Positions 10,247 through 19,127 of a DNA stretch of 64,000 bases are shown here, in pieces. The stretch lies in contig CALMPI010000030.1 in assembly GCA_937872175.1 (NCBI GenBank), forward strand, positions 9,273 through 73,272, given 5' to 3'. The stretch's first letter is position 1. Each line of letters starts with the position of its first letter. The notes below the pieces were generated by a model that saw nothing but the letters and a program-made list of their open reading frames with translations, was not told the DNA's origin and made no database searches. The position numbers were made by a program, and so were the translations under genes. Source of the DNA: an uncultured Flavobacteriales bacterium. GTDB taxonomy: Bacteria; Bacteroidota; Bacteroidia; Flavobacteriales_F; PHOS-HE28.

Positions 10247-10984
10247 ATGATCTCCGCCCTGCTCATCGACGATGAGGTCCAGGCCCGCGATCACCTGCGG
10301 GCACGACTGGCCGAGGTGGCGCCAGAGGTGCAGCTTCGGGACGAGGCCACCAACATCGTGGACGGTGCCGCATTGATCGCAGCGCATCAGCCGCAGCTCG
10401 TCCTCCTCGATGTGGAGATGCCCGGTGGCGATGGCTTCGAGCTGCTGCGCAGGCTCGGCCATTGGGACTTCGACGTCATCTTCACCACGGCCCACCAGCA
10501 CTACGCCATCCAGGCCATCCGCTTCAGCGCGCTCGACTACCTGCTGAAGCCCGTGCAGGCCGATGAGCTGCGCGCCGCCATCGACCGGCACATGGAGCGG
10601 AAGGGTGCCGCGCCGGCGGAGGTGCAGCAGGGCTTCCTCGCCAACGTCGCGCAGCGCGATGAACAGGCTCTCAGGCTCACCCTTACGCATGCCGGACGCA
10701 CGCACGCCGTGGCTCCCGAGCAGATCGCCTGGTGCCAGGCCGCGGATAACTACACTCATCTTCATCTCGCCGATGACCGTCGCTTCATCAGTGCGCGCAC
10801 GTTGAAGGATTACGATGAGATGCTCGCGCCCTTCGGCTTCATCCGGGTGCACAAGAGCGCCCTGGTGAACCGCCGCCATGTGGACGGGCTCGATGCCGAG
10901 GGCCGGGTGCGGCTGCGCAACGGGGTGCGCGTGGAGGTGAGCCGCAGGCGTCTGGACGACGTGGCCCGGGAGTTGCGCCCCTGA
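10247..10984 (+). CDS. LytTR family response regulator (REC-LytTR)
   Basis: IDDE, LLDVEMP, DYLLKP, AADNYT and RVHKSALVN motifs; 10 nt after the kinase stop. Confidence 0.95.
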   Translation: MISALLIDDEVQARDHLRARLAEVAPEVQLRDEATNIVDGAALIAAHQPQLVLLDVEMPGGDGFELLRRLGHWDFDVIFTTAHQHYAIQAIRFSALDYLLKPVQADELRAAIDRHMERKGAAPAEVQQGFLANVAQRDEQALRLTLTHAGRTHAVAPEQIAWCQAADNYTHLHLADDRRFISARTLKDYDEMLAPFGFIRVHKSALVNRRHVDGLDAEGRVRLRNGVRVEVSRRRLDDVARELRP

Positions 10985-11072
10985 CCGCAGCCTCGGTCCC
11001 TTGCCGTTGCCTCGATCGGGCCACGCCGATCGGTGCGTGCGCGTGTATTTCGCAGGGCCAACACGCCTTGCC

Positions 11073-12836
11073 ATGTCCCACATCATCGAACAGGCCTTTC
11101 GGGCCATCTGTGCAGAACGCGCTTCAGCCTACGTCATCGCAGGCGTTCTTTGTACCGGTTGGGGAACCGCCACCGCGCAATCGTTGGAATGGGCAAGGGC
11201 ATTCGGCGGCTCCGCGAACGACAAGGGCTTTTGCGTCGCCACAGATGACGCTGGCAATGTGTACACTTCCGGCGTCTTCATCGGGGTCGTGGATATGGAT
11301 CCAGGAGCGGGCGTGAGCACCTTGACCGCGACAGGCAATTCGGACCACTTCGTGCAGAAGCTCGATGCATCCGGGGATTTCATCTGGGCCGTCCACTTCG
11401 CCGGCGCCAGCGCCTCTGCAGGCGAGGGTACTCCGGTCTCGGTGGATCCATGGGGGAACGTACTGGTGGCCGGGACCTTCACGAACACCGTCGATCTGGA
11501 TCCCGGGCCCGACACCAGCGAGTTCAGCTCGGTCGGTGGCGCTGATGTATTCGTGGTGAAGCTGGATGCTTCCGGCGGGCTCATCTGGGCGCGCTCATGG
11601 GGTGGTGCTTCCGGCAATGGAGACAATGTGTACGCGATCGCCTGTGACTCCGCTGGGAATGTGATCACTACAGGCACCTTCTGGGGGATAGCGGACCTCG
11701 ACCCGGGCCCTGGTGTGGTCAACCTCGGTGTTGCAGGGCAAGCGAGCGATGTCTTCGTGCAGAAGATGGACGCCTCAGGGAACCTTCTCTGGGCGCGGGG
11801 CTTCGGTGGGATCTCCGGCGATCAACCCGGCTCCGTGCGCATTGATAGGGCAGGGAACATCCTTGCGGTGGGGAGATTCCAGGAGACGGTCGACTTCGAC
11901 CCCGGGGCTGGGATCCATGAACTGGTCAGCGCAGGGCTTTACGATGCCTTCATACAAAAGCTGGACGCCGATGGCGAATTCGTCTGGGCCCGGCGGATCG
12001 GTGGTGATTCGTTCGACTTCGGCAATGCGGTCGCTTTGGATGATCAGGACGATGTGCTGGTCACCGGTTCCTTCTTCGGCTTCGTGGACCTCGATCCGGG
12101 GACCGGCTCCGATACGCTTTATTCCGGCGGTGATGTCGCCGGCTTCGTACTGAAGCTGGCCGCGGACGGATTCTATCAATGGGGACGGTCCTTGGGCAAG
12201 GTCGACCCCGATGCGATCCTCGTTGATGCGGATGGGCGGGTGGTCACCTCGGGCGACTTCTCCCAGTCGGTGGACTTCGATCCCGGCCCCGGAACGGGCT
12301 ACCTGGATTCGGAGGGCGCCGGTGATATCTTCCTCCAGAGGATGGATGGATCCGGCATTTTCATTTCGGCGCAACGATTCGGTGGATCACTGGATGAATC
12401 GGCCGGGCAGAGCATGGCACTGGCCCCATCCGGCGCCCTACTGATGACCGGTACGTTCCGAGGCACGGTGGATCTCGATCCCGGACCAGGGACCAATACC
12501 ATCGTCTCCTCCGGATTCCAGGACGTACTGGTGATGAAGCTCGCAGGGTCCTCGTCCGGTATGGCAGATCTGGAGAATGTCGATGCATTGCAGGTTCTTC
12601 CCAACCCGGCCAACGACCGTGTGCGGATCGAAGTGGATGACACGCTGATCGGCGAACGAGCGACCATCGCGCTCTTCGATGCCACCGGCAGACGGGTGCT
12701 CGCCGAGGAGAACAGGGCCCTGGCCACGCTGACCGAGATCGCGCTGCCGGCGCAGCTGCATGAAGGCGTGTACGTGTTGGTGCTGGGTGCCGAAGGTCGA
12801 GCAGCAAGGAGCGCGCGGGTGGTGGTGAAGCGATAG
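11073..12836 (+). CDS. SBBP-repeat beta-propeller protein with T9SS type A CTD
   Basis: Repeated units D..GN....G.F...VD.DPG.G.....G..D.F..KLD..G...WA; CTD LPNPAND.V....FDATGR...GVYVL...VVVKR. Confidence 0.88.
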   Translation: MSHIIEQAFRAICAERASAYVIAGVLCTGWGTATAQSLEWARAFGGSANDKGFCVATDDAGNVYTSGVFIGVVDMDPGAGVSTLTATGNSDHFVQKLDASGDFIWAVHFAGASASAGEGTPVSVDPWGNVLVAGTFTNTVDLDPGPDTSEFSSVGGADVFVVKLDASGGLIWARSWGGASGNGDNVYAIACDSAGNVITTGTFWGIADLDPGPGVVNLGVAGQASDVFVQKMDASGNLLWARGFGGISGDQPGSVRIDRAGNILAVGRFQETVDFDPGAGIHELVSAGLYDAFIQKLDADGEFVWARRIGGDSFDFGNAVALDDQDDVLVTGSFFGFVDLDPGTGSDTLYSGGDVAGFVLKLAADGFYQWGRSLGKVDPDAILVDADGRVVTSGDFSQSVDFDPGPGTGYLDSEGAGDIFLQRMDGSGIFISAQRFGGSLDESAGQSMALAPSGALLMTGTFRGTVDLDPGPGTNTIVSSGFQDVLVMKLAGSSSGMADLENVDALQVLPNPANDRVRIEVDDTLIGERATIALFDATGRRVLAEENRALATLTEIALPAQLHEGVYVLVLGAEGRAARSARVVVKR

Positions 12837-12850
12837 GATACCTTTCAAGT

Positions 12851-14098
12851 ATGAGGTACCGGCCCCTCCTTTTCGTTGTGCTGTTCGCAGCCTGTTCCTC
12901 ACCCAGGAAGGAGGCGCCTGAACACACCCTCCCCCCCGAATGGGCGCCGCACGAAGCCGTCTGGTTCACCTACACCGGTATCGCCATCGACACCGTGCTG
13001 GACCGGATGCTCATGGAGCTCGATACAACGACGCTCGCGGTCTGCGTCATCGATGGGGACAGCATCGCGCAGCGGATCCGCGCACGGTGGGACAGCCTGG
13101 GAATCGCGCCGGACCGCTACCGCGTGGAGATCGCCGTGGACAGCCTGCTCTCGCCCGTGGTGCGCGATGCAGGTCCGATCTTCCTCCGCAAACCCGATGG
13201 AACGCTCGCCGTGCTGGATGCCGATTGGAATTACTACGGCGACCTCGACAACCTGGTCGGTTCGCCGGACCATCTGCTCGCCTTCGAGGATAGCTTTCCC
13301 ACCATGCTGGCGCGAAGAATGGGGCTGCCTGTGGTGCACAGCGACCTGGTGATCGAAGGCGGAGCCGTGGAGGTCAACGGCGCCGGAGTGCTCCTGCAGG
13401 TGGAGGCCGTGACGATGCAGCGCAACCCCGGATGGAGCAGGGACAGCATGGAGCATGAGCTGAAGCGGGTGCTCGGCGTGCGCGACATCATCTGGCTGAA
13501 GGAAGGGCCCGCCGATGACATGTGGTACCTCGAGCCCCGCATCCACGGCAACGTCTTCAACCAGGGAACCGGCGGGCATGTGGACGAGTTCTGCCGTTTC
13601 GTGAACGACAGCACCGTGCTGCTGGCCTGGCCCGATGAGGCCGACCTCACGGACAGCGTGCAGCTCATCACCGGTCAGCGGATGGACGTGAACCTGCGCA
13701 TCCTCGAGCGGTTCCGTGACCGAGAAGGCCGTGCGCTGAACATCATCAAGGTGCCCACGCCGGATACCGAGTTCCACGACCACGTGTTGACCTCGCGGCG
13801 CAGCTATGACCGAATGCTGATGATGCGCTATGAGGACCTGCACGAAGGCGACAGCATCCGCTACATCCCGGCAGCGAGCTACCTCAACTTCCTGATCACG
13901 AACGGACGTGTCTTCGCACCCGCGTATTGGCACGAAGGCAAGCCATCATCCATGAAAGAGAAGGATGCGCGAGTGCTCGAGGTGCTGAACAAGCTGTTCC
14001 CCGACCGTTCGGTGGTGCAGGTGGATCCGCGCGCGATCAACTGGCGGGGTGGTGGGGTGCATTGCTGGACACAGCAGCAGCCGTTGGTGAAGGAATAG
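12851..14098 (+). CDS. Agmatine/peptidylarginine deiminase family lipoprotein
   Basis: Lipobox LFAAC, LPPEWAPH, RDAGP, EGGAVE.NG.G, GHVDEFCRF, SYLNFLI.N and the catalytic GGGVHCWTQQ. Confidence 0.9.
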   Translation: MRYRPLLFVVLFAACSSPRKEAPEHTLPPEWAPHEAVWFTYTGIAIDTVLDRMLMELDTTTLAVCVIDGDSIAQRIRARWDSLGIAPDRYRVEIAVDSLLSPVVRDAGPIFLRKPDGTLAVLDADWNYYGDLDNLVGSPDHLLAFEDSFPTMLARRMGLPVVHSDLVIEGGAVEVNGAGVLLQVEAVTMQRNPGWSRDSMEHELKRVLGVRDIIWLKEGPADDMWYLEPRIHGNVFNQGTGGHVDEFCRFVNDSTVLLAWPDEADLTDSVQLITGQRMDVNLRILERFRDREGRALNIIKVPTPDTEFHDHVLTSRRSYDRMLMMRYEDLHEGDSIRYIPAASYLNFLITNGRVFAPAYWHEGKPSSMKEKDARVLEVLNKLFPDRSVVQVDPRAINWRGGGVHCWTQQQPLVKE

Positions 14099-14114
14099 AC
14101 CGACCTTCGGTGCG

Positions 14115-15323
14115 ATGAGCGCCCCCGCCACCCAACGCACCGAGCTCCTCGACGCCCTGCGTGGCTTCGCCCTCTTCGGCGTGGTGTGGAGCAACTACGC
14201 GGTGCTCTCGGTCTGGATGTTCATGGATCCGCACGCGCGATCCGCACTGCCCGGTGCCTTCCTCGATGAGCCGCTCAAGGCCTTCCACACCATCCTCATC
14301 GACGGTAAGTTCTACTCGATCTTCTCCCTGCTCTTCGGCATCGGGTTCGGCTTCTTTCTCGCCAAGGGGAAGGACGGCCTCTGGCGCTTCTACCGCCGGA
14401 TGCTCATCCTGCTCGTGATCGGCTGGCTGCACCTGCGTTACCTGTGGGCCGGCGACATCCTCTTTCTCTACGCGGTGCTCGGCTTGCTGCTGCCGCTGTT
14501 CCGCGGGCTGGGTGACCGTGCGCTTCTCCTCACTGCCGCCGCGCTCATCCTGTCGCCGATCGCCATCGACGCCGCCGTGGTGCTCACCCAGGCCCGCTTC
14601 GACCCGGTGGCGCCCTGGGTCCGGGCGCTGGAGGCCAGCGATGCCACGTATGGCAACAGCACGTTCGACGCCTTCCTCGCAGCGCCGCAAGGAGGCTGGA
14701 AGGCGTTCACGGAGATGAACGCCCGGGGCTGGCTCTTCCGCTTCGTGCATCTGGTGGAGAGCAACCGCATCCCGAAGGTGCTCGGCATCTTCCTTCTGGG
14801 CCTGTGGGTCTCGCGCCGTCGGCTCTTCGTGGATGTGGATCGACACGGCACCTTGTTGAAGCGCCTCTGCATCGGCGGCTTCGCGCTGGGCCTGCCCGCG
14901 TCGGCGCTCCTGTGGTGGGCCGAGGAGCACGCTGGATATCCGCCGGAGCCCTCTTCCTTGCTGCGGACCACGAGCTACGCGCTGAGCGTGGTGCCCCTGG
15001 CCATCGCGTTCGCGAGCGCGTTCGCCCTGCTCTGGCGCAACGATGCGTGGAGGCCGCGGTTGCAGGTGCTGGCGCCCATGGGCCGCATGGCGCTCACGAA
15101 CTACCTGATGCAGACGATCATCGCCCTGGCGCTCTTCACCGGCGTGGGAATGGGGTGGGGCACGCGCGTGAGCGCGGTGTCGTTCGAGGCGATGGCCCTG
15201 GCCGTCTTCATCGTGCAGGTGATCTGGAGCCGCTGGTGGCTGGCGCGGTTCCAGTTCGGCCCCTTCGAGTGGGCCTGGCGTTCGCTCACCTACGGGAAGT
15301 TGATGCCGATGCGGAAGGGCTAG
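14115..15323 (+). CDS. DUF418 family membrane protein
   Basis: LDALRGFALFG, KFYSIFSLLFGIGF, GDILFLYA, GRMALTNYLMQ and GPFEWAWR motifs. Confidence 0.92.
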   Translation: MSAPATQRTELLDALRGFALFGVVWSNYAVLSVWMFMDPHARSALPGAFLDEPLKAFHTILIDGKFYSIFSLLFGIGFGFFLAKGKDGLWRFYRRMLILLVIGWLHLRYLWAGDILFLYAVLGLLLPLFRGLGDRALLLTAAALILSPIAIDAAVVLTQARFDPVAPWVRALEASDATYGNSTFDAFLAAPQGGWKAFTEMNARGWLFRFVHLVESNRIPKVLGIFLLGLWVSRRRLFVDVDRHGTLLKRLCIGGFALGLPASALLWWAEEHAGYPPEPSSLLRTTSYALSVVPLAIAFASAFALLWRNDAWRPRLQVLAPMGRMALTNYLMQTIIALALFTGVGMGWGTRVSAVSFEAMALAVFIVQVIWSRWWLARFQFGPFEWAWRSLTYGKLMPMRKG

Positions 15324-15913
15324 GGCGGCAGCGGCCCATGGTAGCTCACGCAAGGTGTGCTGTACCACGGGCATTGGTCGAAGAGCGGCAGTTCCACGTG
15401 CGTCGTGTCACCGCCACGAATGGTGACCACGCCAAAGGGTCCGTGCAGCCAACGGTCCAAGCAGGCCTTGTCGATCGCATCGGTGTGCAGGGTCGACCGG
15501 CCATGTTCCTTCAGCAATTGCTGGTAGCGCCGTTCGTCCACACGGTCCTGGTCCAGCAGCAGGTAATACCCGGCGGGCAGGCTGAGTGTTCCATGACCCG
15601 TGGCATCGGTGCGGATGGTATCCACGATCGGCCGCTGCAGCTCGTTCGGCGCCATGACGCCGGAGCTGTCCGGCGCGGCGGCGCGCAGGTACATCGCCCC
15701 CCGCCACGGCATGGGGCGCGGCATGCCTTCGGGGCCGGGATCGGCGCCACCGCAGTAGGGTGCGGTGTAGGTGGCGTGAAGGTGGAGGACGCCGGACCCA
15801 CGCCCGCCATTCCATGGATACACCTCGCCGCGGTCGGTCGTGCGGGTTGTGGAGCAGGCTACAAGCACCAGCGCCGGGCCAAAAAGAACGCAGAGGAACT
15901 TATCCGTGTTCAT
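15320..15913 (-). CDS. Hypothetical lipoprotein
   Basis: Signal peptide ending LVAC; four Cys besides the lipobox Cys (PYCGGA, KAC, DQCPW..PCV). The start codon is embedded in the ACACGGAT repeat, so the start is uncertain. Confidence 0.6.
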   Translation of the reverse strand: MNTDKFLCVLFGPALVLVACSTTRTTDRGEVYPWNGGRGSGVLHLHATYTAPYCGGADPGPEGMPRPMPWRGAMYLRAAAPDSSGVMAPNELQRPIVDTIRTDATGHGTLSLPAGYYLLLDQDRVDERRYQQLLKEHGRSTLHTDAIDKACLDRWLHGPFGVVTIRGGDTTHVELPLFDQCPWYSTPCVSYHGPLPP

Positions 15914-15930
15914 CCGTGTCCATCCGTGGT
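15901..15930. repeat. Three tandem 10-nt units with ATCCGTG core
   Basis: tatccgtgtt catccgtgtc catccgtggt, read directly. Confidence 0.85.
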
Positions 15931-15936
15931 CCTCCC

Positions 15937-16347
15937 TCACACCGTGGCGATCACCTTCAGCTCAATGGCGATCGGCGTGGGCAGGCAGTTGATCTCCAAG
16001 GTGGTGCGGCAGGGCGGGTCCTTCTCGAAGTATTCCTTCCACAACCGGTTGTACGTGGGGAAATCGTCCTTCATGTTGGTGAGGTACACGGTCACGTCCA
16101 CGATCTTCTCCCAGCTGCTGCCGCTGTCCTCCAAGATCCACTTCACGTTCTGGAACACGCTGCGCACCTGCGTCTCGATGTCGTAGGAGGCGATGGTGCC
16201 GTCCGCATTCAGCTCCACGCCAGGGATCTTCTTGGTGCCGCGCTCGCGCGGACCCACGCCGCTGAGGAAGAGCAGATCGCCCACGCGGCGGGCATGCGGG
16301 TAGTGGCCGACGGGCTCGGGGGCTTTGTTGGAGGAGATGCTGGACAT
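15937..16347 (-). CDS. RidA/YjgF family protein, possibly 2-aminomuconate deaminase-like
   Basis: APEPVGHYPHARRVGDLLFLSGVGP, VDVTVYL and PCRTTLEINCLPTPIAIELKVIA motifs. Confidence 0.9.
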   Translation of the reverse strand: MSSISSNKAPEPVGHYPHARRVGDLLFLSGVGPRERGTKKIPGVELNADGTIASYDIETQVRSVFQNVKWILEDSGSSWEKIVDVTVYLTNMKDDFPTYNRLWKEYFEKDPPCRTTLEINCLPTPIAIELKVIATV

Positions 16348-16424
16348 GGTGCGAAGGTCGGATTTCGGTATGTTCGATCGAACCTTTACCGGGTCCGTGG
16401 GTCCCACCCGTCCATGCGTGCACC

Positions 16425-17747
16425 ATGAACAAGCGCCCTGTCCCTTTGATGATCGTGTTCGGACTGGTGGGTTTCGCCCCTGCCCAACCCACACTGCTCC
16501 CCTTCCTCGGCATCGGCGGTCTGCCTTCGGACACTGATCCCATTTGCACCCTGCCGAACCAGACGCCGTCCATCACGAGCTGCGGCAGGCCCGAAGGCGA
16601 GCAGGCGGCCGACTTCACCCTGTACGACAAGGACGGCAACGCCTTCCACCTGGAGGATGCCCTGTTGCTGGGAAAGCCGGTGCTCATGATCAGCGCCAGC
16701 TATACCTGCCCGGTGTTCCGCAACAAGGTGGCCGTGATCAACGATGTGGTGAGCTTGTATGGGAACCAGCTTACCACCATCATCGTGTACACGCCCGAGG
16801 CCCATCCCTACCTGGACATCAGCCCGTACTTCGGCGCGGTGAACACGGGGCAGGAGAACATGAACGCGGGCATCCTGTACGAGCAGCCGGAGACGTACGG
16901 CGAGCGGAAGGCCGTGCTGCAGGACATGCTGGACAGCATGCAGATCGCTGCGCCCGTATATCTCGATGGTCCGTGCAACACCTGGTGGAACTACTACGGC
17001 CCGCAGCCGAACAACGCCTACCTGATCGATACCAGCGGCACCATCTTCCGCCATCACGACTGGCTGCACAGGAACGACGACGACATCTACTGCGACATCG
17101 ATTCGCTGCTCGGGCTGCCGACCAGTTGCGCGCAGAGCTTCGGCGGCAGCTTCACGGTGCAGATGGTCAGCAACGACACCATCTGGGGCGATGCGGGCAC
17201 GACCATTTCCGGCCACGCCACGCTCGCCAACCCCACCACCGAGGACTGCCTGGTGCGCATCGTGAAGCTGCAGGTGAACATGCCCGGCGGTTGGACCAGT
17301 TCGCTCTGTGCGGACATCTGCTACCTGCCTGATGTGGATACCGCGATCATGGTGCTGCCCGCCGGCAGCACCATGGACTTCTACTATTATTTCTACACCA
17401 CCTCGGCCGGCACGGGCTATACACGCGTGGGCTTCCGGAACGAGAACGACTTCAGCAACAACGCTCAGCGGAATTTCTGGGCCGTGGCCGAGCCGGCGAA
17501 CGGTATCGGAGAGCACGCGGCGGGCATGTCGTGGAGCATCGCTCCGAACCCTGTCGGCGACCGCTTCTCCATCCTGGGGGATGGCGCGATCGATGGGGCC
17601 CTGATCACCGATGCGCTGGGACGGCCGGTCACCCGGGTGCTCGGACGCAGCGCCGATCTCTCGTGGGTGCCGGCGGGCCTGTACTGCGCAGCCCCCCTCC
17701 GCTCGGGGCGGGTGGTGGGACCGGCCATCCGATTCGTGAAGGAGTGA
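16425..17747 (+). CDS. Secreted iodothyronine deiodinase-like (thioredoxin-fold, Cys form) protein with T9SS CTD
   Basis: Signal peptide; PVLMISASYTCPVF, YTPEAHP and D..CN....YGPQPNNAYLID match deiodinase motifs; IAPNP..D CTD ending RFVKE. Confidence 0.75.
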   Translation: MNKRPVPLMIVFGLVGFAPAQPTLLPFLGIGGLPSDTDPICTLPNQTPSITSCGRPEGEQAADFTLYDKDGNAFHLEDALLLGKPVLMISASYTCPVFRNKVAVINDVVSLYGNQLTTIIVYTPEAHPYLDISPYFGAVNTGQENMNAGILYEQPETYGERKAVLQDMLDSMQIAAPVYLDGPCNTWWNYYGPQPNNAYLIDTSGTIFRHHDWLHRNDDDIYCDIDSLLGLPTSCAQSFGGSFTVQMVSNDTIWGDAGTTISGHATLANPTTEDCLVRIVKLQVNMPGGWTSSLCADICYLPDVDTAIMVLPAGSTMDFYYYFYTTSAGTGYTRVGFRNENDFSNNAQRNFWAVAEPANGIGEHAAGMSWSIAPNPVGDRFSILGDGAIDGALITDALGRPVTRVLGRSADLSWVPAGLYCAAPLRSGRVVGPAIRFVKE

Positions 17748-18045
17748 TCCTGCGGAACGCGGCGAAGCCCCGTCCCCGGGGCCTCGTCGTTCACATCCGC
17801 CGCATGCGCCTGCGGTGCCCTCACCGTCTCCGCCCTCCCGGGCCCGGCGCATGCCGACCGCTCTGCTCGAACGGTCCGATCAAGCAACAACCTGGAGCGC
17901 GCATCGGTTCATTTACCAAGGTCGGGCGCCCATGTGAACAGCATGTTCGGCCAGCCTTAGGGTTCCTCGTGGACCGCATGAGTTATCCACCGCGTGTCCA
18001 CCGTTCGGCGGACGATCTTTGCATTCCCGACCAAGCACCGACCCC

Positions 18046-19029
18046 ATGCGCTACCGCCGCCTCGGCCACGCCGGCCTCCAAGTCTCCGAACTGTCCCTGG
18101 GCTCCTGGCTCACCTTCGGCAAGCAGATCACCGACGACACCGCCGAGGCGCTGATGAAGCTCGCCTACGACAGCGGCGTCAACTTCTTCGACAACGCCGA
18201 GATCTATGCCCGCGGCGAGAGCGAGCGTGTGATGGGCCGCATCCTGAAGAAGATGGAGTGGCCGCGCGACACCTGGACGGTGAGCAGCAAGGTGTTCTTC
18301 GGGACCGGTGGCAAGCTGCCCACGCAGGTGGGCCTGCACCGCAAGCACGTGGTGGAGGCCTGCCATGCGGCGCTCAAGCGGCTGCAGGTCGACCACCTGG
18401 ACCTCTACTTCTGCCACCGCCCCGACCCCGCCACGCCCATCGGCGAAACGGTGTGGACCATGCACCAGCTGATCATGCAGGGCAAGGTGATGTACTGGGG
18501 CACCAGCGAGTGGAGCGCCGTGGAGATCAAGGAGGCTCACGCCTTCGCGCAGGCGCACCACCTGATCGGCCCCGTGATGGAGCAGCCGCAGTACAACCTG
18601 TTCCACCGCGCCAAGGTGGAGGAGGAGTTCGCGGCGCTCTACGAGTCCGTGGGCCTGGGCACCACCATCTGGAGCCCGCTGGCCAGCGGCATCCTCAGCG
18701 GCAAGCACACGATGGAGGGCGACGCGTCGTCGCGCCTGCGCATGGCCGGCCTGGAGTGGCTGAAGGAGCGCGAACTGAACGAGGCGCGGCTGAAGAAGGT
18801 GAACGAGCTGAAGGCCATCGCGCAGGAGCTGGGCCTCTCGCTCCCGGTGTTCGCCGTCGCGTGGTGCCTGAAGAACCCGCGGGTGAGCACGGTGATGCTC
18901 GGTGCCAGCAAGGTGCCGCAGCTGGAGGAGAACCTGAAGGCCGTGGAGGCGCAGGACCTGCTGACCCCCGAGGTGCTGGCCAAGGTGGAAGCCACGCTGG
19001 CCGGGGAGAAGCTCAGCACCTGGTCCTGA
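18046..19029 (+). CDS. Aldo/keto reductase (Kv-beta-like subfamily)
   Basis: YRRLG..GL.VSELSLGSWLTFG, FFDNAEIY, DLYFCHRPD, YWGTSEW, EQPQYN and WSPLASGIL motifs. Confidence 0.96.
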   Translation: MRYRRLGHAGLQVSELSLGSWLTFGKQITDDTAEALMKLAYDSGVNFFDNAEIYARGESERVMGRILKKMEWPRDTWTVSSKVFFGTGGKLPTQVGLHRKHVVEACHAALKRLQVDHLDLYFCHRPDPATPIGETVWTMHQLIMQGKVMYWGTSEWSAVEIKEAHAFAQAHHLIGPVMEQPQYNLFHRAKVEEEFAALYESVGLGTTIWSPLASGILSGKHTMEGDASSRLRMAGLEWLKERELNEARLKKVNELKAIAQELGLSLPVFAVAWCLKNPRVSTVMLGASKVPQLEENLKAVEAQDLLTPEVLAKVEATLAGEKLSTWS

Positions 19030-19036
19030 GCCCGCG

Positions 19037-19105
19037 CGTTCACACGGATCCCACCGACGTTCGCCCGGAGGCCCGTCGTCCGCTCGGTCCGTTGAGGTAG
19101 GTTGC
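19037..19105 (+). promoter_or_regulatory. Putative LytTR direct-repeat operator plus -7 promoter box
   Basis: CGTTCACACG (19037) and CGTTCGCCCG (19058), 21 nt apart; TAGGTTGC at 19098. Confidence 0.6.
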
Positions 19106-19127
19106 TGGTCCATTCAACCTTCTTCCC

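Noticed and set aside
17983-17991. DnaA-box-like TTATCCACC in the 300-nt gap before the aldo/keto reductase
   Set aside because: It is a single mismatched box, with no cluster, AT-rich unwinding region or replication genes.
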